This document shows positions 38,191 to 50,791 of a DNA stretch of 64,000 nucleotides, in pieces. Below the pieces are notes generated by a model, which saw only the letters and a list, made by a program, of their open reading frames with translations, had not been told where the DNA came from and searched no databases. Position numbers and translations under genes: made by a program. The stretch is from NCBI RefSeq assembly GCF_057098645.1, contig NZ_CM169472.1; one strand, 5' to 3'. Position 1 is the first letter of the stretch. Each line of letters starts with the position of its first letter.

Positions 38191-39156
38191 ATGAATACTG
38201 TCGGCACGCCGTTGCTATGGGGCGGATTCGCTGTTGTTGTCGCCATTATGCTGGCTATCGACCTGTTGTTGCAGGGGCGTCGTGGGGCACATGCCATGAC
38301 CATGAAACAGGCTGCGGCCTGGTCGCTGGTCTGGGTGACGCTGTCGTTACTGTTTAACGCCGCTTTCTGGTGGTATCTGGTGCAAACCGAAGGTCGCGCC
38401 GTTGCCGATCCACAGGCACTGGCCTTTCTCACGGGTTATCTGATTGAGAAATCGCTGGCGGTCGATAACGTCTTTGTCTGGCTGATGTTGTTCAGCTATT
38501 TCTCCGTTCCGGCGGCATTACAACGTCGCGTGCTGGTGTATGGCGTGCTCGGGGCGATTGTTCTGCGTACCATCATGATCTTCACAGGCAGCTGGCTGAT
38601 TTCGCAGTTCGACTGGATCCTGTATATCTTCGGTGCCTTCCTGCTGTTTACCGGCGTGAAGATGGCGCTGGCCCATGAAGATGAATCAGGCATTGGCGAC
38701 AAGCCGCTGGTGCGCTGGCTACGCGGTCATTTGCGCATGACCGACACCATCGACAACGAGCATTTCTTTGTGCGTAAGAATGGATTGCTGTACGCCACAC
38801 CGCTGATGCTGGTACTGATTCTGGTGGAATTGAGCGACGTGATTTTTGCCGTGGATAGCATTCCGGCTATCTTCGCCGTGACCACTGACCCGTTCATTGT
38901 GCTGACCTCAAACCTGTTTGCGATCCTCGGCCTGCGTGCGATGTATTTCCTGCTGGCGGGCGTAGCAGAGCGTTTCTCGATGCTCAAATATGGCCTGGCG
39001 GTGATTCTGGTATTTATCGGTATCAAGATGCTGATTGTCGACTTCTACCATATTCCGATCGCCGTCTCGCTGGGCGTGGTGTTTGGCATCCTGGTGATGA
39101 CGTTTATTATCAACGCCTGGGTGAATTATCGGCATGATAAGCAGCGGGGAGAATGA
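38191..39156 (+). CDS. alx: TerC-family inner membrane protein (putative Mn exporter)
   Basis: 321-aa polytopic [30 protein letters not shown]... Confidence 0.85.
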   Translation: MNTVGTPLLWGGFAVVVAIMLAIDLLLQGRRGAHAMTMKQAAAWSLVWVTLSLLFNAAFWWYLVQTEGRAVADPQALAFLTGYLIEKSLAVDNVFVWLMLFSYFSVPAALQRRVLVYGVLGAIVLRTIMIFTGSWLISQFDWILYIFGAFLLFTGVKMALAHEDESGIGDKPLVRWLRGHLRMTDTIDNEHFFVRKNGLLYATPLMLVLILVELSDVIFAVDSIPAIFAVTTDPFIVLTSNLFAILGLRAMYFLLAGVAERFSMLKYGLAVILVFIGIKMLIVDFYHIPIAVSLGVVFGILVMTFIINAWVNYRHDKQRGE

Positions 39157-39258
39157 TCCGCTGTATATTAAGCCATTACTAGAGATAACTCATTCCAGAC
39201 AAAGGTGAGCTATTAATTATGTAATCGGCTTATAGCTCTTTACAAAAAGACCGCACGG

Positions 39259-39460
39259 GTGTTGGTGGCGTCAAAATCGCCGAAGCGTTCCCTTGCGCCC
39301 GAACCGGTAGCCGCAAGGGATAAGCTGAGGGAACCGCGCAGCGGCGATTTTGTTCGCCAGAGCCTGGGGGTGCAGGGGGCGGCGGCGATTGGCCGTCCCC
39401 TGCGCGCTCCTTGCGCCAGTGACTTTATATGGCATAGCACATTAAAGGAGCGCAACCGTT
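39259..39460. repeat. GC-rich nested-palindrome intergenic element of unassigned class
   Basis: CAAAATCGCCG...CGGCGATTTTG arms enclose CCCTTGCG/CGCAAGGG; second hairpin GCAGGGG...CCCCTGC. Confidence 0.4.
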
Positions 39461-39711
39461 CTCATATTCCAAATAGTTTTGCCCATATGTTATCTAATCA
39501 GCCTTAGTAGCCAGTCCTTCCCTCTGTTTATGTCAAATAAATGTAACCATTAAGTTGCAAAACATGAGCTCTCTTTAAAATCCAGCATTTTTCGCTTCCC
39601 GAAGCTGTAACTTTCCTTATACTCGACCTTGCAAACACTTTGTTACATCCTGAAAGATGCGTCGACAGAACGCACCAGGGATGTGCGACAACACAATGAA
39701 AGGATCGAAAA

Positions 39712-40956
39712 ATGACTACGCAACGTTCACCGGGGCTATTCCGGCGTCTGGCTCATGGCAGCCTGGTAAAACAAATCCTGGTCGGCCTTGTTCTGGGGAT
39801 TCTTCTGGCATGGATCTCAAAACCCGCGGCGGAAGCTGTTGGTCTGTTAGGTACTTTGTTCGTCGGCGCACTGAAAGCTGTTGCCCCCATCCTGGTGTTG
39901 ATGCTGGTAATGGCATCTATTGCTAACCACCAGCACGGGCAGAAAACCAATATCCGTCCTATTTTGTTCCTCTATCTGCTGGGCACCTTCTCTGCAGCTC
40001 TGGCCGCAGTAGTCTTCAGCTTTGCCTTCCCTTCTACCCTGCACCTGTCCAGTAGCGCGGGTGATATTTCGCCGCCGTCAGGCATTGTCGAAGTGATGCG
40101 TGGACTGGTAATGAGCATGGTTTCCAACCCCATTGACGCGCTGCTGAAAGGTAACTACATCGGGATCCTGGTGTGGGCAATTGGCCTCGGTTTCGCACTG
40201 CGTCACGGTAACGAAACCACCAAAAACCTGGTCAACGATATGTCGAATGCCGTCACCTTTATGGTGAAACTGGTCATTCGCTTCGCACCGATCGGTATTT
40301 TTGGGCTGGTTTCTTCTACCCTGGCAACCACCGGTTTCTCCACACTGTGGGGCTACGCGCAACTGCTGGTCGTGCTGGTGGGCTGTATGTTACTGGTGGC
40401 GCTGGTGGTTAACCCATTGCTGGTGTGGTGGAAAATTCGTCGTAACCCGTTCCCGTTGGTGCTGCTGTGCCTGCGCGAAAGCGGCGTGTATGCCTTCTTC
40501 ACCCGCAGCTCTGCAGCTAACATTCCGGTGAATATGGCGCTGTGTGAAAAGCTGAATCTGGATCGCGATACCTATTCCGTTTCTATTCCGCTGGGTGCCA
40601 CCATCAATATGGCGGGCGCAGCAATCACCATTACCGTGTTGACGCTGGCTGCGGTTAATACGCTGGGTATTCCGGTCGATCTGCCCACAGCGCTGCTGTT
40701 GAGCGTAGTGGCTTCTCTGTGTGCCTGTGGCGCATCCGGCGTGGCGGGGGGGTCTCTGCTGCTGATCCCACTGGCCTGTAATATGTTCGGTATTTCGAAC
40801 GATATCGCCATGCAGGTGGTTGCCGTCGGCTTTATCATCGGCGTATTGCAGGACTCTTGCGAAACCGCGCTGAACTCTTCAACTGACGTGCTATTCACTG
40901 CGGCAGCTTGCCAGGCAGAAGACGATCGTCTGGCAAATAGCGCCCTGCGTAATTAA
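39712..40956 (+). CDS. sstT: Serine/threonine:Na+ symporter
   Basis: 414-aa polytopic [25 protein letters not shown]... Confidence 0.9.
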   Translation: MTTQRSPGLFRRLAHGSLVKQILVGLVLGILLAWISKPAAEAVGLLGTLFVGALKAVAPILVLMLVMASIANHQHGQKTNIRPILFLYLLGTFSAALAAVVFSFAFPSTLHLSSSAGDISPPSGIVEVMRGLVMSMVSNPIDALLKGNYIGILVWAIGLGFALRHGNETTKNLVNDMSNAVTFMVKLVIRFAPIGIFGLVSSTLATTGFSTLWGYAQLLVVLVGCMLLVALVVNPLLVWWKIRRNPFPLVLLCLRESGVYAFFTRSSAANIPVNMALCEKLNLDRDTYSVSIPLGATINMAGAAITITVLTLAAVNTLGIPVDLPTALLLSVVASLCACGASGVAGGSLLLIPLACNMFGISNDIAMQVVAVGFIIGVLQDSCETALNSSTDVLFTAAACQAEDDRLANSALRN

Positions 40957-40960
40957 TTGT

Positions 40961-41512
40961 TTAACCCCTTTCGTCTATGGCGGGAGGGGTTTTCTCTACT
41001 TTAAACGGATCAATTCCCCTTTTCTGCATCCGCCAGAAACGAATGATATTCAGGCCATTCATAAGCAGAAAACTACCCTCAATCATCGTGCCGCCTATCG
41101 ACCCCGCCCAGAAGTTGTGAATCACCCAGCAACACGTTGAAAACCACATCACGCAGCGCATGGTGAGCCCTTTACAGCGGAACAGCGCCCAGGTACTGAC
41201 AATCGTACCGATAACCGGCAATAGTTCGACAGGATGATGGAACTTCGCGAGGCCAATTCCGCCAGTCAGCACAATAAAAATCGCCATTACCCATAAGCTG
41301 CGCGTGCGTAAGGTAATCAATGTACGAATGGCATTAAGGATGGCACTGGCACCAGCGGGATAGGTGCCCAGAAGAAAAAAATGTACGCCAATAACGGCGC
41401 TATAGACCGAAAGCTGCTTTTTGAAGCGACGTTCGTCACGATTGAAAAATGTTGTGATACCAATCAGAAAGGCGATGACACCCACGCCCTGGGCCAGCCA
41501 ATACGCGGTCAT
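40961..41512 (-). CDS. ygjV: Inner membrane protein
   Basis: 183-aa ORF with multiple TM helices. Confidence 0.8.
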   Translation of the reverse strand: MTAYWLAQGVGVIAFLIGITTFFNRDERRFKKQLSVYSAVIGVHFFLLGTYPAGASAILNAIRTLITLRTRSLWVMAIFIVLTGGIGLAKFHHPVELLPVIGTIVSTWALFRCKGLTMRCVMWFSTCCWVIHNFWAGSIGGTMIEGSFLLMNGLNIIRFWRMQKRGIDPFKVEKTPPAIDERG

Positions 41513-41594
41513 GATAAATCCTTAGCAGGTATGGAAAAGCAAACGGCGCTTCACATTATGAAACGCCGTTTTTTATTAACAACTCATTTCGACT

Positions 41595-43082
41595 TTATAG
41601 CGTTACGCCGCTTTTGAAGATCGCCAGTTCGCGGAAGTCGTTACGCTCGTTACAGGTTTGCTTACCGTTGGCAAACTCAACGATGGTGTCGATAAATTCT
41701 TCCAGCAACTGCGGCATCGCTTTACCGTGGATCAGCTGACCCGCGTCAAAGTCGATCCAGTGTTTTTTCTTCGCCGCCAGTTCACTGTTGGTGGCGATTT
41801 TCACCGTCGGCACAAATCCACCATACGGCGTGCCACGACCAGTACTGAACAGCACCATATGGCAGCCCGCACCCGCCAGGGCGCTGGTCGCTACGGCATC
41901 GTTACCCGGCGCACTTAACAAGTTCAGCCCTGGCGTTTTCAGACGCTCGCCGTAACGTAGCACGTCAACCACGACGCTGGAACCCGCTTTCTGGGTACAG
42001 CCAAGTGATTTGTCTTCCAGCGTGGTGATACCGCCCGCTTTGTTCCCCGGCGATGGGTTTTCATAGATCGGCTGGTCATGGGCAATAAAGTACTGTTTGA
42101 AGTCGTTGACCATAGTGACCAGTTTTTCAAACGTTGCTTCGTCGCGGCAATGGTCCATCAGCAACTGCTCTGCGCCAAACATCTCCGGCACTTCGGTCAG
42201 TACGGTAGTACCGCCGTTAGCAATCACATAGTCAGAGAAACGCCCCAGCATCGGGTTAGCAGTAATACCAGAAAGACCGTCAGAACCACCGCACTCCAGA
42301 CCAAACTTCAGTTCGCTGAGTTTGCCTGGCTCGCGTTTATCGTTGCGCATCACGTTATACAGCTGATGCAAATGCTCGATTCCGGCTTCGATCTCATCAT
42401 CCTGCTGTTGGCAGATCATGAAATGAACGCGTTCAGGATCGATATCGCCCAGCGTTTCACGGAATGCGGCAACCTGGTTGTTTTCACAGCCCAGGCCAAT
42501 CACCAGCACTGCGCCTGCGTTCGGGTGGCGCACCATGTTTTGCAGCATGGTGCGGGTATTAATGTGATCGTCGCCCAGCTGTGAGCAGCCGTAGGTGTGG
42601 CTGAAGAGGAACACGCCGTCGGTACCTTCGGCGTTGTTGGTCTCTTTCAGGAAACGATTTTGGATCTGCCGCGCGATGCCGTTGACACAGCCCACGGTTG
42701 GCAGGATCCACAGCTCGTTACGCACCCCGACATCGCCGTTAGCGCGACGATAGATCTGCACTTCACGATCTGCCGCTTGCGCAGGCAGATCCTGAAAATC
42801 AGGTTGATAGCGATACTGATCCAGATCGCTCAGATTCGTGCGCGTATTGTGGGCGTGAACGTGTTCCCCCGCCGCAATATCCGCCAATGCATAACCAATC
42901 GGCAGGCCATATTTGATGACGTTGGCCCCTTTTGCGATATTCGTTAACGCAAATTTATGTCCACGAGCAACATCCTGGCGCAGCCTAACAGTTTGGTTAT
43001 CGACACTGACTTCTGTGCCTTCAGCCAAATCCGCTAAAGCGACCGCGACGTTATCCAGCGCATGGATCTTGATGTATTGCAT
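41595..43082 (-). CDS. uxaA: Altronate dehydratase
   Basis: 495-aa ORF MQYIKIHALDNVAVALADL... Confidence 0.9.
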   Translation of the reverse strand: MQYIKIHALDNVAVALADLAEGTEVSVDNQTVRLRQDVARGHKFALTNIAKGANVIKYGLPIGYALADIAAGEHVHAHNTRTNLSDLDQYRYQPDFQDLPAQAADREVQIYRRANGDVGVRNELWILPTVGCVNGIARQIQNRFLKETNNAEGTDGVFLFSHTYGCSQLGDDHINTRTMLQNMVRHPNAGAVLVIGLGCENNQVAAFRETLGDIDPERVHFMICQQQDDEIEAGIEHLHQLYNVMRNDKREPGKLSELKFGLECGGSDGLSGITANPMLGRFSDYVIANGGTTVLTEVPEMFGAEQLLMDHCRDEATFEKLVTMVNDFKQYFIAHDQPIYENPSPGNKAGGITTLEDKSLGCTQKAGSSVVVDVLRYGERLKTPGLNLLSAPGNDAVATSALAGAGCHMVLFSTGRGTPYGGFVPTVKIATNSELAAKKKHWIDFDAGQLIHGKAMPQLLEEFIDTIVEFANGKQTCNERNDFRELAIFKSGVTL

Positions 43083-43096
43083 ATCAACCCCAGACC

Positions 43097-44611
<1,515 letters not shown>

Positions 44612-44722
44612 TCAATAAACGTAGTTAAAAAAATTACTCTCAAAGAGGTAAATCTCGCTGCAGGCCGCGCCAGTACTGGCCTCGCTGTCGTCAGGTAATG
44701 TCCCTACAAATATTCCCACATT

Positions 44723-44738
44723 TGTGATGGCTCTCACC
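44723..44738. promoter_or_regulatory. CRP-binding-site-like motif in the uxaC/exuT divergent region
   Basis: TGTGA-TGGCTC-TCACC, close to the TGTGA-N6-TCACA consensus. Confidence 0.5.
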
Positions 44739-44991
44739 TTTTAAAGTTGTATGACAAGTTATCTTTCTGCCGTCGCAAATCATAAGTCGACGGAATGCAA
44801 ATTGCCGATTCACTCATTTGTTAGATGAATCGGGTTAACCGGTACGGAAGCCGAATTAGCACGAAACTTTCATGGCAACGTTCGGGGCGTGCCGGTTTTT
44901 TTTCGGTTACCCGGTCGTAACTAACATCTTCAGCCTCTGGCGGGATGATGGCCGCGCTTCCTGCGGATATAACAAAACGATGAGGTTTTAC

Positions 44992-46290
44992 ATGCGTAAA
45001 ATTAAAGGGTTACGTTGGTATATGATCGCACTGGTGACGCTCGGCACCGTGCTTGGTTACCTGACGCGTAACACTGTGGCGGCAGCTGCGCCAACTCTGA
45101 TGGAAGAGTTAAACATCTCCACCCAACAGTATTCCTATATCATCGCAGCCTATTCTGCTGCTTATACGGTCATGCAACCGGTAGCGGGTTATGTACTGGA
45201 TGTGCTGGGTACGAAAATCGGTTATGCAATGTTTGCTGTGTTGTGGGCCGTGTTCTGTGGTGCAACCGCGCTGGCAGGTAGCTGGGGTGGCCTGGCTGTT
45301 GCTCGTGGTGCGGTCGGTGCCGCGGAAGCAGCGATGATCCCGGCGGGTCTGAAAGCCAGCTCCGAATGGTTCCCGGCGAAAGAGCGTTCCATCGCAGTAG
45401 GCTACTTTAACGTAGGTTCTTCGATTGGTGCGATGATTGCGCCGCCGCTGGTGGTATGGGCAATCGTGATGCACAGCTGGCAGATGGCATTTATCATCTC
45501 CGGTGCATTGAGCTTTATCTGGGCGATGGCATGGCTGATTTTCTATAAACATCCGCGCGACCAGAAGCATCTGACCGATGAAGAACGCGACTATATTATT
45601 AATGGTCAGGAAGCCCAGCACCAGGTGAGTACGGCGAAGAAAATGTCCGTTGGTCAGATCCTGCGTAACCGTCAGTTCTGGGGTATCGCGCTGCCGCGTT
45701 TCCTGGCAGAACCGGCCTGGGGTACTTTTAACGCGTGGATCCCGCTGTTCATGTTTAAAGTTTACGGCTTTAACCTGAAAGAGATTGCGATGTTCGCCTG
45801 GATGCCGATGCTGTTTGCTGACCTCGGTTGTATCCTCGGTGGTTACCTGCCGCCGCTGTTCCAGCGTTGGTTTGGTGTGAACCTGATCGTTTCCCGTAAG
45901 ATGGTCGTAACGCTGGGTGCAGTGCTGATGATTGGCCCGGGTATGATCGGTTTGTTCACCAACCCGTATGTCGCAATTATGCTGCTGTGTATCGGTGGTT
46001 TTGCTCACCAGGCACTGTCTGGCGCACTGATTACGCTCTCTTCCGACGTGTTCGGTCGTAACGAAGTGGCGACGGCGAACGGTTTAACCGGGATGTCCGC
46101 ATGGCTGGCAAGTACGCTGTTTGCGCTGGTTGTCGGTGCACTGGCTGACACCATCGGCTTCAGCCCGCTGTTCGCAGTTCTGGCAGTATTTGACCTGCTG
46201 GGTGCGCTGGTTATCTGGACCGTGTTGCAGAACAAACCGGCGATTGAGGTGGCGCAGGAAACACATAACGATCCCGCACCGCAACATTAA
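44992..46290 (+). CDS. exuT: Hexuronate transporter (MFS)
   Basis: ORF-track 44872..46290; likely start ATG 44992 preceded by GAGG; MRKIKGLRWYMIALVTLG. Confidence 0.85.
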   Translation: MRKIKGLRWYMIALVTLGTVLGYLTRNTVAAAAPTLMEELNISTQQYSYIIAAYSAAYTVMQPVAGYVLDVLGTKIGYAMFAVLWAVFCGATALAGSWGGLAVARGAVGAAEAAMIPAGLKASSEWFPAKERSIAVGYFNVGSSIGAMIAPPLVVWAIVMHSWQMAFIISGALSFIWAMAWLIFYKHPRDQKHLTDEERDYIINGQEAQHQVSTAKKMSVGQILRNRQFWGIALPRFLAEPAWGTFNAWIPLFMFKVYGFNLKEIAMFAWMPMLFADLGCILGGYLPPLFQRWFGVNLIVSRKMVVTLGAVLMIGPGMIGLFTNPYVAIMLLCIGGFAHQALSGALITLSSDVFGRNEVATANGLTGMSAWLASTLFALVVGALADTIGFSPLFAVLAVFDLLGALVIWTVLQNKPAIEVAQETHNDPAPQH

Positions 46291-46419
46291 CGTTTCGTGT
46301 AAGTTTTAGTTTCCCTTCAAAGCCGCCTTCTCAGGCGGCTTTTTCATCACTGCGAGTAGAGCTAAACTCGCAAAAGTGGTATAACAAATATAGTCTGCCG
46401 TATCATGCCTGGAGCGCAT

Positions 46420-47196
46420 ATGGAAATCACTGAACCACGCCGTTTGTATCAACAACTTGCCGCTGACCTGAAAGAGCGCATCGAACAGGGCGTCTATCTG
46501 GTGGGTGATAAACTGCCTGCCGAGCGCTTTATTGCCGATGAAAAGAACGTCAGCCGTACGGTAGTTCGTGAAGCCATCATCATGCTGGAAGTTGAAGGCT
46601 ATGTCGAAGTGCGTAAAGGTTCAGGTATTCACGTGGTTTCCAACCAGCCGCGCCATCAGCAGGCGGCGGACAATAATATGGAATTCGCCAATTACGGTCC
46701 GTTTGAGTTACTCCAGGCTCGCCAGCTCATCGAAAGTAATATTGCCGAGTTCGCGGCAACTCAGGTAACGAAACAGGACATCATGAAATTGATGGCCATC
46801 CAGGAGCAGGCGCGCGGCGAACAATGCTTCCGTGATTCCGAGTGGGATTTGCAGTTCCATATTCAGGTAGCCCTGGCGACGCAGAACTCCGCCCTGGCGG
46901 CTATCGTTGAAAAAATGTGGACCCAGCGTAGCCATAACCCGTACTGGAAAAAACTGCACGAACACATTGATTCCCGTACCGTCGATAACTGGTGTGATGA
47001 CCACGATCAAATCCTCAAGGCGCTGATTCGCAAAGATCCTCATGCTGCTAAGCTGGCAATGTGGCAGCACCTGGAAAACACCAAGATCATGTTATTCAAC
47101 GAAACCAGCGACGACTTCGAGTTCAATGCCGACCGCTATCTATTCGCCGAAAACCCGGTGGTGCATCTCGATACAGCCACCAGCGGCAGTAAATGA
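46420..47196 (+). CDS. exuR: GntR/FadR-family hexuronate regulon repressor
   Basis: ORF-track 46405..47196; [21 protein letters not shown]... Confidence 0.85.
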   Translation: MEITEPRRLYQQLAADLKERIEQGVYLVGDKLPAERFIADEKNVSRTVVREAIIMLEVEGYVEVRKGSGIHVVSNQPRHQQAADNNMEFANYGPFELLQARQLIESNIAEFAATQVTKQDIMKLMAIQEQARGEQCFRDSEWDLQFHIQVALATQNSALAAIVEKMWTQRSHNPYWKKLHEHIDSRTVDNWCDDHDQILKALIRKDPHAAKLAMWQHLENTKIMLFNETSDDFEFNADRYLFAENPVVHLDTATSGSK

Positions 47197-47202
47197 AATT
47201 CC

Positions 47203-47238
47203 TGTCCGACAGGCGCTGCGACGCGCCTGTTTGTCTCG
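47203..47238. terminator. Putative terminator hairpin after exuR
   Basis: ACAGGCGC-TGCGAC-GCGCCTGT followed by TTGTCT. Confidence 0.5.
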
Positions 47239-47540
47239 TCGGTAAGCGAAAAGTATAAAGTGTCAGCCTGTGTAAATCCTCTCGCCACCCTCCCCTGCAT
47301 TCAGCAAAATCAGACTCCACGGACATGTAATTTTGATAACGAACAACGTTGACCTTTGTTACAATTAGATTCAATTTGAATTTATGTTTTTGAATGCTTT
47401 CTTATCTCACGATTTAACAGGGAATAGTTCAGGCTGTGTTGATGTATCAAACCCGCAGAACATACCAAAACAGCAATAACATTGCGGTAGTGCATCTTTT
47501 AAAACCAGCGTGGCGTTAACCGATTCACCAGGAATAATGA

Positions 47541-48203
47541 ATGGAACTTTTGACCCAATTGCTGCAAGCCCTGTGGGCGCAGGATTTTGAAACCCTGGCC
47601 AATCCATCGATGATTGGCATGTTGTATTTTGTCTTGTTTGTAATTTTGTTCCTTGAAAACGGCTTGCTTCCGGCGGCCTTTTTACCGGGCGACAGTTTAC
47701 TGGTATTGGTCGGCGTGTTGATTGCGAAAGGGGCGATGGGCTATCCGCAAACGATTCTGCTGCTGACCGTTGCCGCCAGCCTCGGCTGCTGGGTCAGCTA
47801 TATTCAGGGGCGATGGCTGGGCAATACCCGCACCGTACAAAACTGGCTATCTCATTTACCCGCGCATTATCATCAACGCGCACACCATCTTTTTCATAAA
47901 CACGGTTTATCGGCGCTGTTAATTGGTCGCTTTATTGCGTTTGTCAGAACACTGCTGCCGACGATTGCCGGGTTATCAGGGCTGAATAACGCGCGCTTTC
48001 AGTTTTTCAACTGGATGAGCGGTCTGCTGTGGGTATTGATCCTGACAACTCTGGGTTACATGCTCGGCAAAACGCCGGTATTTTTAAAGTACGAGGACCA
48101 GCTGATGTCATGCCTGATGCTGCTCCCGGTGGTGCTGCTGGTTTTTGGCCTGGCAGGTTCTCTGGTCGTGTTATGGAAAAAGAAATATGGAAATCGGGGG
48201 TAA
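47541..48203 (+). CDS. yqjA: DedA-family inner membrane protein
   Basis: 220-aa ORF with DedA/SNARE-associated motif region. Confidence 0.85.
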   Translation: MELLTQLLQALWAQDFETLANPSMIGMLYFVLFVILFLENGLLPAAFLPGDSLLVLVGVLIAKGAMGYPQTILLLTVAASLGCWVSYIQGRWLGNTRTVQNWLSHLPAHYHQRAHHLFHKHGLSALLIGRFIAFVRTLLPTIAGLSGLNNARFQFFNWMSGLLWVLILTTLGYMLGKTPVFLKYEDQLMSCLMLLPVVLLVFGLAGSLVVLWKKKYGNRG

Positions 48204-48206
48204 GGG

Positions 48207-48590
48207 ATGCAAATACCTCGCATGTCGCTTCGCCAGCTAGCCTGGTCCGGCGCTGTTTTACTTCTGGTCGGCACGCTGTTGCTGGCCTGGTCCGCGGTTC
48301 GCCAGCAAGAGTCTACGCTGGCGATTCGTGCCGTTCATCAAGGCACAACGATGCCAGACGGTTTTTCAATCTGGCATCACCTTGACGCTCATGGCATTCC
48401 TTTCAAAAGTATCACCCCCAAAAACGACACTCTGTTAATTACCTTTGACTCCAGCGACCAGAGCGCCGCTGCAAAAGCGGTCCTCGACAGAACATTGCCC
48501 CAAGGCTACATCATTGCGCAGCAGGACAATAACAGTCAGGCTATGCAGTGGCTGACCCGGCTACGGGATAACTCTCATCGCTTCGGATAA
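48207..48590 (+). CDS. mzrA: Modulator of EnvZ/OmpR
   Basis: 127-aa ORF with single N-terminal TM helix, 4 nt after the yqjA stop. Confidence 0.8.
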   Translation: MQIPRMSLRQLAWSGAVLLLVGTLLLAWSAVRQQESTLAIRAVHQGTTMPDGFSIWHHLDAHGIPFKSITPKNDTLLITFDSSDQSAAAKAVLDRTLPQGYIIAQQDNNSQAMQWLTRLRDNSHRFG

Positions 48591-48736
48591 CTTCCTGTTA
48601 TCCGAAACAGATCACTCACTTTGGTGATTTCACCGTAACTGTCTATGATTAATGAGGCGGTGGTTAACACTACCGCTTCGTTGTCTGGACAATCGTTCCT
48701 TTGTAATAGGTCCGAATCACAATGGAAGGTTCAAGA

Positions 48737-49105
48737 ATGAAATACCGCATCGCTTTAGCTGTTTCTCTTTTTGCTCTTAGTGCCGGTAGTTATGCCACTA
48801 CCCTGTGTCAGGAAAAGGAGCAAAATATCCTTAAGGAGATCAGCTATGCCGAAAAACACCAAAACCAGAATCGTATTGACGGTCTGAATAAAGCCCTGAG
48901 TGAAGTCCGGGCCAACTGTTCAGATAGCCAGCTGCGTGCCGATCATCAGAAGAAAATCGCAAAGCAGAAAGATGAGGTGGCGGAACGCCAGCAAGATTTA
49001 GCCGAGGCGAAGCAAAAAGGCGATGCCGATAAGATTGCCAAACGCGAACGGAAACTGGCAGAAGCGCAGGAAGAGCTGAAAAAGCTGGAAGCGCGCGACT
49101 ACTAA
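48737..49105 (+). CDS. yqjC: DUF1090 periplasmic protein
   Basis: ORF-track 48722..49105; signal peptide MKYRIALAVSLFALSAGSYA, coiled-coil rich. Confidence 0.8.
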   Translation: MKYRIALAVSLFALSAGSYATTLCQEKEQNILKEISYAEKHQNQNRIDGLNKALSEVRANCSDSQLRADHQKKIAKQKDEVAERQQDLAEAKQKGDADKIAKRERKLAEAQEELKKLEARDY

Positions 49106-49142
49106 CTCACAATAGTCACTACTTACTCACCTGGAGAAAACT

Positions 49143-49448
49143 ATGTCGAAAGAACACACTACGGAACATCTGCGTGCTGAGTTGAAATCCCTTTCCGATA
49201 CGCTGGAAGAGGTGCTTAGCTCATCTGGCGAGAAGTCGAAAGAAGAGTTGAGTAAGATTCGTAGCAAAGCGGAGCAGGCACTGAAACAGAGCCGTTATCG
49301 CCTGGGTGAAACCGGTGATGCCATCGCCAAACAAACCCGTGTCGCGGCGGCGCGTGCCGATGAGTATGTGCGTGAAAATCCATGGACGGGCGTGGGCATT
49401 GGCGCTGCAATCGGTGTAGTGCTCGGCGTTCTGCTGTCGCGTCGTTAA
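49143..49448 (+). CDS. yqjD: Ribosome-associated membrane-anchored protein (ElaB/YqjD family, DUF883)
   Basis: 101-aa ORF with C-terminal TM anchor. Confidence 0.8.
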   Translation: MSKEHTTEHLRAELKSLSDTLEEVLSSSGEKSKEELSKIRSKAEQALKQSRYRLGETGDAIAKQTRVAAARADEYVRENPWTGVGIGAAIGVVLGVLLSRR

Positions 49449-49450
49449 TT

Positions 49451-49855
49451 ATGGCGGACACTCATCACGCGCAAGGGCCCGGTAAAAGCGTTCTGGGCAT
49501 CGGGCAGCGAATTGTTTCCATCATGGTTGAAATGGTGGAAACACGTCTGCGGCTGGCGGTGGTGGAGCTGGAAGAGGAAAAAGCTAATCTCTTTCAACTT
49601 TTACTGATGCTGGGCCTGACGATGCTTTTCGCTGCATTTGGTCTTATGAGCCTGATGGTGCTAATTATTTGGGCGGTTGATCCGCAATATCGCCTGAATG
49701 CGATGATTGCCACCACCGTGGTGTTGCTGCTACTGGCACTGATTGGCGGTATCTGGACGTTACGTAAATCGCGTAAATCCACCTTGCTGCGCCATACACG
49801 CCATGAGCTGGCAAACGATCGGCAGCTGCTCGAGGAGGAGTCCCGTGAGCAGTAA
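49451..49855 (+). CDS. yqjE: Inner membrane protein (DUF1469)
   Basis: ORF-track 49382..49855; ATG at 49451 directly after the yqjD stop. Confidence 0.8.
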   Translation: MADTHHAQGPGKSVLGIGQRIVSIMVEMVETRLRLAVVELEEEKANLFQLLLMLGLTMLFAAFGLMSLMVLIIWAVDPQYRLNAMIATTVVLLLLALIGGIWTLRKSRKSTLLRHTRHELANDRQLLEEESREQ

Positions 49856-50144
49856 AGTCGAACGTGAACGACGTAAGGCGCAACTGCTTAGCCAGATCCA
49901 GCAACAACGGCTGGATCTTTCTGCCAGTCGTCGTGAATGGCTGGAGGCAACAGGCGCTTACGATCGTCGCTGGAATATGCTGCTCAGTCTGCGCTCCTGG
50001 GCGCTGGTTGGCAGTAGCGTGATGGCGATCTGGACGATTCGCCATCCTAATATGCTGGTCCGCTGGGCCAGACGCGGTTTTGGCGTATGGAGCGCATGGC
50101 GTCTGGTTAAAACGACCCTCAAGCAGCAACAGCTTCGCGGTTAA
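49845..50144 (+). CDS. yqjK: Small protein, uncharacterised
   Basis: GTG start at 49845 preceded by GAGGAGGAG; overlaps the yqjE 3' end. Confidence 0.7.
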   Translation: MSSKVERERRKAQLLSQIQQQRLDLSASRREWLEATGAYDRRWNMLLSLRSWALVGSSVMAIWTIRHPNMLVRWARRGFGVWSAWRLVKTTLKQQQLRG

Positions 50145-50326
50145 CTTCCCTCTGGCCGGAGCCATTCCGGCCTTACCCATCAAATTTTTTGAAGATTTTT
50201 GACAGTTTTCCTTGCTAACAATCATCATTCACCACGTTTATGATTCTCTCCATCGACAGCAACGACGCTAATACTGCGCCCTTGCACAAAAAAACAATCA
50301 GCAGCCTGAGTGGCGCAGTGGAGAGT

Positions 50327-50722
50327 ATGATGAAAAAATTAGAAGATGCTGGTGTACTGGTAGCGCGCATTTTAATGCCGATTCTGTTTATTACCGCAGG
50401 CTGGGGAAAAATTACTGGTTACGCGGGTACCCAACAATATATGGAAGCGATGGGCGTCCCGGGTTTTATGCTGCCGCTGGTGATTCTGCTTGAGTTTGGT
50501 GGTGGTCTGGCAATCCTGTTCGGTTTCCTGACTCGCACCACTGCCCTGTTTACTGCGGGCTTTACGCTGCTGACAGCATTTTTATTTCACAGCAACTTTG
50601 CTGAAGGCGTTAACTCGCTGATGTTCATGAAAAACCTGACAATTTCTGGCGGATTCTTGCTGCTGGCAATTACCGGTCCGGGCGCGTATAGCATCGACCG
50701 CCTGCTGAATAAAAAGTGGTAA
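50327..50722 (+). CDS. yqjF: DoxX-family inner membrane protein
   Basis: ORF-track 50240..50722; likely start MMKKLEDAGVLVARILMPILF. Confidence 0.8.
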   Translation: MMKKLEDAGVLVARILMPILFITAGWGKITGYAGTQQYMEAMGVPGFMLPLVILLEFGGGLAILFGFLTRTTALFTAGFTLLTAFLFHSNFAEGVNSLMFMKNLTISGGFLLLAITGPGAYSIDRLLNKKW

Positions 50723-50791
50723 GCACGCGCTATACTTAATGATAAAAAACGAGGAGGAAGCTCCTCGTTTTTGCTATTGGAGGAGAGAAAA

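Noticed and set aside
45109-46008. 299-aa ORF antisense to exuT
   Set aside because: Shadow ORF within the transporter gene; Arg/His-rich nonsense composition.
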